Below are positions 35,402 to 44,400 of a stretch of 56,018 nucleotides of DNA, in pieces. Both the position numbers and the translations under genes were made by a program. Under the pieces are notes generated by a model. The model searched no databases and had not been told where the DNA came from. It worked only from the letters and a program-made list of their open reading frames with translations. Location: positions 1 through 56,018 of the IMG/VR virus record IMGVR_UViG_3300049445_000092, one strand, 5' to 3'. Each line of letters starts with the position of its first letter. Position 1 is the stretch's first letter. The DNA comes from a virus. Taxonomy: Duplodnaviria > Caudoviricetes.

Positions 35402-36676
35402 TTACTGGGTGACCGTGTTGCAGAAGAGGTCGGGGCGGAACCACATGATGCCCACCCGCTCCTCACACACGATGAGGGTCTGGTTCGCCTCTGCGTACCG
35501 CTCCTGGTACACCTGCGTCGAGACCATCATCCGGTCAAGGATCATCCCGCCGTTCTGGAAGTCGCCCACCAGGCAGTGACCCGCGGCGTAGACGCGCGAG
35601 CGGTAGGTGGGAAGGCCCCAGACGGTGAGCGGGATGGCGTTGAACGGCGTCCCAGCGTCGAATCCACCGGTGGTCGGTGCCCGCTTGGAGAACATCCGCC
35701 AGGCGTCGGCCGGGTTGAAGATGACGGCGTTGGGCGCCCCGTCCTGGCCTTCGATCTGAGCGATGGCCTGCGCGATGGTCTGGGCCGTGTCCGTTCCAAC
35801 CGCCGCTTGGCTCAACAGACCGGGGACGTTCAGGATTCCCTGGAGGTCGGGCCACGTTCCGGTGCCAGAGAGGAACTGCTGGTCCTCCTTCAGGCGGATC
35901 AGATACGGGAGCCTTTGGTTCACATACGCCATGACGGCGGGACCGTCTTGGAACATCTGCTTGGAGACCACCAGCGTGGCCGCGATCACCGTCGGCTGTG
36001 CGTTCTGCGGGCTGAAGGAGAGCGGGGACACCGGCTTGTTGGCCGCTTCCGCCACGGTCCCGGCGCCACCCGTTGTCTCCAGCGAGACCGGGTTCAGCTC
36101 ACGCACATAGGGGACCGACGCCAGCGTGGTGTTCATGGTCGGGAGCAGGTCCCGCATGAACAGGCGCGCCTGGCGCGGCGTGGGCGGAATTGGCTGGCCG
36201 ACGGGGTTCAATCCGACGGTGCCGCTGCCCTGGTCAGTCATCGGGCCGCTCGGACCCCAGACGTTGATGGACGACACCCGCTGTCCGGGCATCGGGAGCA
36301 GCTCGGCGATGGTGCGGCCTTGGGGGAAGTCGAAGGATCGGGCACCGTGGTCCTTCGACCCGATCCCGGCCAAACCGCCATCGAACCAGCCCTTCATGTC
36401 CTCGTCGCGGAACAGCAGCTCACCGAAGCCCTCGCGCTGGTGCTCGTCCCCGGCCATGTCCGCCGTGGCGGCGACGCGGGCGTTACGGGCCGTGCGCTCT
36501 TCGTCCCAGCCGTGGATGGAGATCAGGCTGTCGAGCAGTTCGACCTCGTTGGACAGCGACCGCAGGCGGTCAGGGTCAGTCTGCTCCGCTTCGGAGAGGT
36601 CGTTCAGCTCACCGCGCAGCTCTTCGCCGCGGCCGTACAGCTCCTCCAGGTTCAGATTCCGGGTCTTGGTGGACAT
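35402..36676 (-). CDS. Major capsid protein, HK97 fold
   Basis: Coiled-coil delta domain; VAEAANKP, EDQQFLSGTG...LQGILN, FNPADA, VGDF, CEERVGIMWFRP. Confidence 0.93.
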   Translation of the reverse strand: MSTKTRNLNLEELYGRGEELRGELNDLSEAEQTDPDRLRSLSNEVELLDSLISIHGWDEERTARNARVAATADMAGDEHQREGFGELLFRDEDMKGWFDGGLAGIGSKDHGARSFDFPQGRTIAELLPMPGQRVSSINVWGPSGPMTDQGSGTVGLNPVGQPIPPTPRQARLFMRDLLPTMNTTLASVPYVRELNPVSLETTGGAGTVAEAANKPVSPLSFSPQNAQPTVIAATLVVSKQMFQDGPAVMAYVNQRLPYLIRLKEDQQFLSGTGTWPDLQGILNVPGLLSQAAVGTDTAQTIAQAIAQIEGQDGAPNAVIFNPADAWRMFSKRAPTTGGFDAGTPFNAIPLTVWGLPTYRSRVYAAGHCLVGDFQNGGMILDRMMVSTQVYQERYAEANQTLIVCEERVGIMWFRPDLFCNTVTQ

Positions 36677-36763
36677 GCATCACCTCGCGATTGTCGTGTG
36701 GGTTCATGTGCGACCCATCGAGCAATCGGCCCGGTGCTGTCTTCGGTGATGGTAGATCGGCGC

Positions 36764-37702
36764 TCAGAGCGCGCGCTTGATCCCCTCGGCCAGGGTGATG
36801 AACCGCCAGGCGTCGGCGGGGTAGTAGCTGGAGATAGCGACGCCTCCAGCGCCCCAGCTGGTGACGGGCAGGCTCATGAGGCGGCGCCCCAGGTCCGACC
36901 CGTTGACCCGGAAGGCCACGCCGTCGGGCTTCGAGACCACGCAGGCGATCTGCGGCTCGTAGTCGGCAGCCGCGGCCACCATCCGGGCCAGCTGGATCAT
37001 CGTGGTGGGCACGCCCGTCCCGATGTTGATCGGGCCGTCCAGGTTCTTGCCGACAGCGGCCAGGGCGAGAGTCACGATGTCATCGACGTGGACGAAGTCG
37101 CGAACCTGGCGACCCGATCCCCACACCAAGAGCGGATCCTGGTGAGCCGTGGCCCGGTCCACGATGGCCGGGAACGGATAGTCGGCCGACTGGTCGGTGC
37201 CGTAGCCCGTGAACGGGCGCACAACCGTGACCGGCACGCCGTGCGTCCTGGCGGTCTCTGCGTGCATCTCGCCCAGCACCTTCGTCCATCCATACAGCCC
37301 GTCGGCGTTGCGGGCCGTAGCGGGCCACAGATCGGCCTCTGAGAGCTTCCTGGGCTCGGTCTGGAGGTCAACCGGGTAGGCGGCGGACGAACTCAGGTAC
37401 AGGACCCGCTCCTGGTGGGTAACGATGGCCCACTCGAACATCTGGCGGTCGATGTCCAGGTTCTCGGCCACCAGCATCGGGTTGGCCTCCCGCCGGGCGC
37501 GGTCGGGGATCACGGCGGCGCAGTGGACGACGAGATCGTAACTCGTCTGCATCTCGTGGAAGTAATCCCGGCAGTCGATGGCGTACTCGCCCGCTTCGGG
37601 ATGGCGCACGTCGATCCCGATCACGTCCCAGTCCCGCTCCTTCAGGGCCGCGGTGAAGTGCGACCCGAGGAATCCAGCAGATCCGGTGACGAGGGCCTTC
37701 AC
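36764..37702 (-). CDS. NAD-dependent nucleotide-sugar epimerase/dehydratase
   Basis: ALVTGSAGFLG, SSSAAY, YGWTK (YxxxK), GSGRQVRDFVHVDD, NIGTG. Confidence 0.92.
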   Translation of the reverse strand: MKALVTGSAGFLGSHFTAALKERDWDVIGIDVRHPEAGEYAIDCRDYFHEMQTSYDLVVHCAAVIPDRARREANPMLVAENLDIDRQMFEWAIVTHQERVLYLSSSAAYPVDLQTEPRKLSEADLWPATARNADGLYGWTKVLGEMHAETARTHGVPVTVVRPFTGYGTDQSADYPFPAIVDRATAHQDPLLVWGSGRQVRDFVHVDDIVTLALAAVGKNLDGPINIGTGVPTTMIQLARMVAAAADYEPQIACVVSKPDGVAFRVNGSDLGRRLMSLPVTSWGAGGVAISSYYPADAWRFITLAEGIKRAL

Positions 37703-38883
37703 GGGACCGGCTGGGCAGGCATTGGGTAGGGGAGCTTGTCGTAGAGCACGACATAGCCCTGGGGCGTCGTGACCCGCACGACGGGGGTGTAGTCGCCGTG
37801 GGCGACGATCTCCGCTTTGGCGTAGCCCCGCACGATGAGCACCCGCGCCCCGGTGTGCGAGTAAATCTCCCAGTCCGGGGAAGTGACGGGATCGAGGATG
37901 GCGACGCACGCCGGGCCGTGGATCACCGGGCCACCCAATGTGCAGGCAACGGGGACCTGGGCCGAGATCGCTCTCAGCGTGCGCGAGTTATGCCCGGAGC
38001 AGGTAAAGGGGATGCCGGGATCGCTGGTGGCCCGGAAGAGGGCGGTGACGGTATGGGCGTCCTGGTCGATGCAGGCCACGGCCTGGCAGCCCCGGTTCGC
38101 CAGCGCCACGTTCATCAGCCAGCGCTTCGCCTCGAAAGCCGATCCCATCTGCGACTCGAAGGGCTCGGCGGTCTCGGACTCCTCATCGGGATAGAGCCGC
38201 ATGTCATGACCGCGCTCTTCGATGGCCGGGATGGCGTCGGGGTAGTGCTGGCCGATGCAGTCCTTGCGGACCAGGGTCTGGTAGCCCAAGTGCTCGGCGT
38301 CGTATTGCAGGCAGGGATCGTCGCTCATGCCCAGCTCGGTGTCGTAGCGCCAGTGCAGCCGCTTCAGGAGATCCCGGTTGAGCATCACGAAGGCGGCGGT
38401 CGCCATGTGGGACTGGACGGGGAAGTCGAAGGCCAGCTTGGACGCCGGGTGGTGGGTGACCCACGGGCCGCTCAGGCAGTAGGTGGTGACCTCGCCGCCG
38501 ACGATGGGCCAGTCCACCTCCAGCAGCTTCACGATGGCGTCACCCGGTGGCTCGCAGTCCGCCGCCATGAAGAGCATGTGGGTGGCCCCGCTGTCGACGG
38601 CGTAGTCGGAGCAGAGGTTCTGGCCCATGGTGATGCGGCGCAGGCGGTTCGAGGTCTTGATCTCGGTGACCCCATCATCGAAGCGAAACTTCCAGAACTC
38701 GTCCAGTTTCGGAAGGATCGGGTCGAAGATCCCCGGACCGCGGCCGTCGTACTCCAGGGCGGCGAAGTAGCGAACCTCGGTGGGCGTCTGCTGGCGGATC
38801 TCGTCCTGGGTCCGCAGCCAGGCTTCGTAGCTGTCGGGCTGATCCATCACATATGCGGGCAGGGTGCTACAGACGCAGATCAA
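37699..38883 (-). CDS. Glycosyltransferase (GT-A-like) with uncharacterised C-terminal domain
   Basis: ATHMLFMAADCEPP...KLLEVDWPIVGG...SDDP; TTG start overlapping upstream stop. Confidence 0.65.
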   Translation of the reverse strand: MICVCSTLPAYVMDQPDSYEAWLRTQDEIRQQTPTEVRYFAALEYDGRGPGIFDPILPKLDEFWKFRFDDGVTEIKTSNRLRRITMGQNLCSDYAVDSGATHMLFMAADCEPPGDAIVKLLEVDWPIVGGEVTTYCLSGPWVTHHPASKLAFDFPVQSHMATAAFVMLNRDLLKRLHWRYDTELGMSDDPCLQYDAEHLGYQTLVRKDCIGQHYPDAIPAIEERGHDMRLYPDEESETAEPFESQMGSAFEAKRWLMNVALANRGCQAVACIDQDAHTVTALFRATSDPGIPFTCSGHNSRTLRAISAQVPVACTLGGPVIHGPACVAILDPVTSPDWEIYSHTGARVLIVRGYAKAEIVAHGDYTPVVRVTTPQGYVVLYDKLPYPMPAQPVP

Positions 38884-39953
38884 GACCGCGCTCCCTTCAG
38901 CCAGGCGTTCAGCCAGCGCTCGGCGTGCTGCTCGTAAGTCAGAGATTCCATGATGGCACGGCCCTGCTCGGACATCTCGTTCCGCCGTGCTTCGTCGCTC
39001 ATCAGACCGTCCAGCTCCTTCAGCCAGCGCGCCGGGTCCTTCGCCAGGCGCCCGATCCCCATGGCGTGCAGCCGCTTGTTGTCGGGGATCGGGGACATCA
39101 CCACCGGGATCCCGAGTGATGCGAATTCCATCGCCTTCAGGCAGGACTTGGACTCGTTGAACTCGTTGAGCTGGAGTGGGACGATGCCCAGCGCGAACCG
39201 GGCCATCTTGTAGGCGTACTGGACGAACGGGATCCAGCCCCCCGTGGTCGACGGCGCGGTGGGCAGCTTCAGTGCTTCCTTCACGCCCTGGCCGTCGCCG
39301 ATCACGCTGAAGCGCCAGTCCGGGTGGCGTTCGAGCGCCCACGACACCGCGCCGCCCGTAGCCTGGAGGTCTTCGGGGTGGGTGCGCAGCGTGCCCGTCC
39401 AGCCCATCGTGGTCGGCTCTCGGCGGCTGGCGATCTTGAGGTAGTGCTCAGGCACCAGATTCGGCAGCAGAACGCCGTGGCCGAAGCCGTAGGCGTCGTA
39501 GAGGGCGGGCGTGCTGGTGGTCACCAGATCGGCCCGCTTGCACGCCTCGGTGATCCACCGGTAGTTGTTGACCCCGCTCTTGCGGTAGTAGTCGTGGGCC
39601 ACGTTCTTCATCTGGATGCGGTCGAAGCGGTCGTCCACGTCGACCACCGTGCGGATCCCCTGGCGCTGATAAAAGGGGATGACCTGGGCGATCATCTTCT
39701 GGGACGGGCGCTGGAAGACCACGACATCGGTCTCCAGGGCCGTCGAGAGCAGCCCCAGCAGGCGGACGTAGTCGGGGGCGAACGGCCGCTGTTCGGTCGG
39801 CTCCCATCTCTGGGACCAGAAACACTTCGGGCCGTCGTTGTCGATGACGACATCGGCGCCCTGATCGATCAGGCAGCCGCCCGGAATCCGCAGCCGGTAC
39901 TGACTGACGCCATCGTTGTCACCGCCCGCCGGGAAGAGGGTGACTCGGGCCAT
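38880..39953 (-). CDS. Glycosyltransferase (GT-B, family 4-like)
   Basis: YR..P, VVFQR, VVDVDD, ADLVTTST, GWTG, GIVPL...FN..KS.LK.MEF..LGIPVV.S. Confidence 0.88.
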   Translation of the reverse strand: MARVTLFPAGGDNDGVSQYRLRIPGGCLIDQGADVVIDNDGPKCFWSQRWEPTEQRPFAPDYVRLLGLLSTALETDVVVFQRPSQKMIAQVIPFYQRQGIRTVVDVDDRFDRIQMKNVAHDYYRKSGVNNYRWITEACKRADLVTTSTPALYDAYGFGHGVLLPNLVPEHYLKIASRREPTTMGWTGTLRTHPEDLQATGGAVSWALERHPDWRFSVIGDGQGVKEALKLPTAPSTTGGWIPFVQYAYKMARFALGIVPLQLNEFNESKSCLKAMEFASLGIPVVMSPIPDNKRLHAMGIGRLAKDPARWLKELDGLMSDEARRNEMSEQGRAIMESLTYEQHAERWLNAWLKGARS

Positions 39954-39962
39954 CGCCCGACG

Positions 39963-41237
39963 TTAGGACCGGCGACCCCGCCTTGCCAGCATCCGTTCGG
40001 TGCGCTCTTGCAGCTCGCTGACGGTGGGATCGTCGCGTCGGGCCAGGTCCAGCACGCTCGGTGTCGGTTTCAATCCGACTTTCCCCGCTGCGCTCATCAG
40101 CGTCTTGGCCGCTGACCGCAGATCGTCGTCGGAGGACCCCTTGACGTGGCCGATCATCTTCATGGCGCTGTCGACGCCGTCCTTGTTGATGCTGCCATCG
40201 GGATTCTTGTACGGCAGCTTCTCGTCGCCCGGCAGGGCACAGGCGGCGGCGTAGTCCTTGTAGTCACCCTTGACCGGATTCCACCGCAGCTGGAGCGCCT
40301 GCTCGGCTGTCGGGATGTCGAGCCCGATCGCTTCGGCGGCGACGGTGGACGCCTCCGCCCCGGCCCGGTAGAGCGCCAGGGCCTGGACAACCTCGTCGGG
40401 CAGCCCGTCCACGGTGACCCCGTCCAGGTAGATCTCGGCAGCGCGACAGGCCAGGGCGGCGTTCTCGACGGCGCTGGAGATCCCCTTCTCCTCGCGCTGG
40501 AGGTACGCCTGCATCTCGTCGTCGTCGGTCGCTAGCACGATGGACATAGCCGACACCCGCTCGGCCAGCTCGGGATCGTTCTCCAGCAGGGACGTGCGGA
40601 TCTCGTCGGCCGTCGGCGGCGTGAAGACGCGGCCACCATCGGATGTGGCCGTGATGTGACCGGCCGCGGCACGGGACTGGAGCATGGCGTTGCCCACTTC
40701 CCGGTCGATCGTGCCATCCCGCATCGCTTCCACGATCTCGGCGTCGTCCAGCTCCATGACAGCTTCCTCTCTGATGCTCACGGCCCCGGCGTCGGGGATG
40801 GATCCGAACGTCACGGGCGAGACCTCGCGCATCCGGGCCTTCACGAAGCGCTTGGCCCCCCGGACGTTCGGGTGGGGGATCGACTTCTCGTTGTCGAAAC
40901 CGAAGCTGGCTGCCTTCAAGGTGCCGTCGGTGTACTGGCTCCAGGCCCGCCGGGCGTTCGGGACATCGTCCAGGTTGGCGAAGCGCGTCACGACCTCGTT
41001 CACCTTCGGCAGGACTTGGGCGCGGATTCCGACTCCGATCGGATCCTGCACGTTGTGCATCCACACCATGACCGGGAGCTGTTCAGCGAAGGAGCGCTCG
41101 AAGCAAGTGCGGGCGAAGTCGGTCTTGTGGGTGTCGATCCGTTCGTGCGGGAAGTGGAAGACGACTTCGTGGTTGCCGCTGTCGGCGTCCGATCCCGCTA
41201 CATCGTGGATCTCACCGATGGAGTCCCTGGTCTGCAT
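39963..41237 (-). CDS. Prohead protease (HK97 family) with C-terminal scaffold-like extension
   Basis: WMHN..PIG (His), ASFGF (Ser), REVSPVTFGS. Confidence 0.85.
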   Translation of the reverse strand: MQTRDSIGEIHDVAGSDADSGNHEVVFHFPHERIDTHKTDFARTCFERSFAEQLPVMVWMHNVQDPIGVGIRAQVLPKVNEVVTRFANLDDVPNARRAWSQYTDGTLKAASFGFDNEKSIPHPNVRGAKRFVKARMREVSPVTFGSIPDAGAVSIREEAVMELDDAEIVEAMRDGTIDREVGNAMLQSRAAAGHITATSDGGRVFTPPTADEIRTSLLENDPELAERVSAMSIVLATDDDEMQAYLQREEKGISSAVENAALACRAAEIYLDGVTVDGLPDEVVQALALYRAGAEASTVAAEAIGLDIPTAEQALQLRWNPVKGDYKDYAAACALPGDEKLPYKNPDGSINKDGVDSAMKMIGHVKGSSDDDLRSAAKTLMSAAGKVGLKPTPSVLDLARRDDPTVSELQERTERMLARRGRRS

Positions 41238-41259
41238 TACGCGCCAGTCTGCCTGGGGG

Positions 41260-41427
41260 TCAGTCGCCTTTGGCTGATACCGGCGGCTCCATCCCGTGGG
41301 GTGGCAGCTCAGAGCCGGGATCGAAGTCGTCGGGGAACCACCAGGGCAGCCCGTTGGGCTTCACACCCCGGTCGCTCGGCGCAGGCATCCCCTCTTCGTC
41401 ATTCGGCTCATCGGGCGGATCGGGCAT
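41260..41427 (-). CDS. Small acidic Pro-rich protein (55 aa)
   Basis: SD AGGAGG; start overlaps the end of the giant gene. Confidence 0.55.
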   Translation of the reverse strand: MPDPPDEPNDEEGMPAPSDRGVKPNGLPWWFPDDFDPGSELPPHGMEPPVSAKGD

Positions 41428-44400
41428 AGAAGCCTCCTGCATCCTGCTTGACGTAGACGTGGGTCATCCCGCCCACCTTCTCGATCTTCTGGATCACGAA
41501 CCGGCCTCCGGTGACGGTCTCGATCTCATGGGGAGAATTGCTGAAGTTCCCGATGTCCAGCGTAACGGTGCCCGATGGGGCGTGGAATACGGTATCGCCA
41601 CCCCAGCCGAGATCGGGGTTGGTCGTCCAGCTGTCGACCGGCATGTCGATGGTGTCGCCCGGTCCCTTCGGGGTGCCGTCAGGCCGGAAGAACATGTGCT
41701 GGTACCAGTCCTGGCCTGGCTTGCTCTGGATGAAACGGTGGACAGAACTCTTGTTCGGAATCGCCTTGGTCGATACGGCGTTGATGAACGCCCGTGCCTG
41801 CACGGCGCCGCTGCTCATGTTCGTGCCCTTCGACTGTTGCCGCCAGATCCGGCTCAGCTCGTTGACGAAGTCGTTACTGGACTTGTGGCGGTAGTAGGTC
41901 GTGAACTGCTTGATCCCGGCCAGCTCTTCGGCGTTGAACTTGTGCTTGACCTGGAGCGCGTTGGTGTTGGCGACGAACCCCGCGGCGCCCGGCTTGATCC
42001 CGGTGGTCGGCGTGTGCTTCTCCAGCGAACTCGGGCTGACCTTGACCGTGGAAATGATGCTCTTGGAACTGGACTTGGCGAAGTTGTTCTGGTCGTTGAA
42101 GTCCACCGCCGCGCGCTTGGCGCCCTGCGCCAGACCAGCGTGAGCGGCATTCCCCATGATGTCGGTGGTCTCCAGCGTCTGCGCCTTGGAGATATGGGCT
42201 TCGGCCATCGCCTGCACGTCGGGCGCTGATGCCTGATTCGTGAGCATCAGATGCATGGCCTCGTCGTAGCCCTGGCCGATGTGCTCGTTATACGCCTGCT
42301 TGGACTCCTCGGTCGCCCCGGCTGGCGTCTTGCCGTGCGGGTTCGATTCGATGCCGCCGATTACCTTGACCGTCCCGGCGTCCCCGAGGTGCGGGATCGA
42401 CTCGTTGTACTTGCCGTTGGCGAACTCGGTGAGGAACGCCGCCTTGGTCTGCATGAACGCCTGGTCGGCGGCGCTCAGGTTCTGGACCTTCGCCTGGTCC
42501 TCGTATGCCTGCTCGAACCCGTTCTTGAGACCCAGCTCATGAGATTCCCCGGTCGTGTCGACCGGCGACGCCATGTACGCCTCATGCTGGGTGCTGATCT
42601 TCGTCGCCAGCTCGTCCAAGGTCATCTTCGCCCCGGTGGCCTTGCCGTTCTGGTAGGCCGTGATGTAGGCGGTCTGGTCGTGGCTCGGCAACTCGAAGGC
42701 CGGATCCTGCTTCAGCGCTTCCCAGCCCTTCGGCAGGTTCTTGTCGATCTTGACCTCGGCGTAGGTCGGCTGGGACTTGGACGCCTGCGGATCCCACGCC
42801 CCCGCCACGGGCTTCACAATGCCCGGTAGGCCCTGGACGTAGGGATCGGAGGATGTCACCCCGCTGTAGTCGTAGGCGGGCACCATGGGGATCGGGACAC
42901 CCACTGCTTCGGCCGCCGCGACGGTCTCGGGCTTGGGCGTCACCATCTTCGGCTCAGTGGGGAGCACCTTTGCCGCCGCTGCGTACCCGTGGGCCGTGCC
43001 GTAATACTGCGCCTTCATGGCCGGGGTCTCAGCCGTCTTCGCCTTCTTGTAGCCCTGGTTCGACGCCGCCGCCTTGATGTTCTGCTTCGTCTTGCCCGCC
43101 GCGTGCATCTCCTGGCCCTGCTTGAACGCCGCTTCGTGGGCAATGAGGTAGGCGCCGCTGTTCTCAGCGAACTCCGCGGGCACCTTGGGCGCTTCGTAGT
43201 GGAACGTGGGCGTTGACGGGATCGGCGTCATAGTGACGACGTTGGACGCGGACGGTGTCACTCCCAGCTGCTTCTGCATGGTCTGGACGCCCTCGGCCCA
43301 GCCGTGGCTCTTTCCGAGAGCGAACGCCGCGGCGTAGGGCTTGACCTCGGTCGCGGCGTGTTCCTCGAACTGATGGTGGTGATGTTCGACCAGATCCTGC
43401 AAGTCGGCCAGGGTCGCCGCGTCGGCTGTCAACGAGGACACGGTCTCCAGGGCCTGCGCTTTGCCCTTGTCGTAGTTCTGTTGGATCTCGGTCAGGGAGA
43501 ATCCGGGGCCTTCGGCAGCCGCCTTGAGGTCGGACAGCTCGCGCCCACCCGTCGATGGCCCACTGGGCGTCGCCTTGCCGGATGCTTTGTCGGCGACGAG
43601 GTGCATCTGATCGGCGGTGCCCATCAGCTCCGCCGCCTTGGCGTGATTCCCGGCGGCAAACTCGGACTCGGCCGACTTCATGATCGTGTTGGCGAGGTTG
43701 TGGACGTTCTCGGAGTTGATCTCCATGGTGGGCGGGGCGACGTTGGACTTGCCCTGCGCGTAGTCCTCGGGGAACTGGTTTGGCAGTTCGACCATCGACG
43801 GGCTCGTAAAGCTGGAAGAACCGCTCGGCGCTGGTCCCATCCCTTCGGCCACCTTCTTGAACAGCGCCGTGTTCGCCGCGTCGGCTGATCCCATGGAGAA
43901 CGCCGCGCCCTGGTAGTCGCCGTCCTCGTAGTGGCCTTGGGCGGTCTCCAGGGATGCTTCCTTGGCGTTCGCCAGCTGCTGCTGGGTCTCGGTCCCGTCG
44001 ATGATGCTGTTGATGTTGTACTGACCGTGCTTGAACTGGTCCTGGTAGGCCGGGTGCGTCGACAGGATCTGCTTGGCCTCGGCGTTGAACGCTCCGGGCA
44101 TGGCGGGCTCGCCCGACAGCGCCGCGGGAGCGCCCTTCTTCTGTGCCGCCGCCGCCTTGTACCCCTCGGACTTGCCCAATGACCGCATAGCCATCCCCCA
44201 GTCGCCCTTCTGGTGGGCGCCCTGGGCTGTCTTGTACCACTGCTGACCGACTGATTCGGCCTCCTGCGAGCTGATCGTCGCCGCGTCCGCTTGGGCCGCA
44301 TCGAATCCCCCGGCGAATACGGCGCTCTGGCCGGGGTAGTGCTCGCCCATGTTCTGAACGGTCAGCTCGGACTTCGGCCCGGACGGCGCTGACACCGAGA

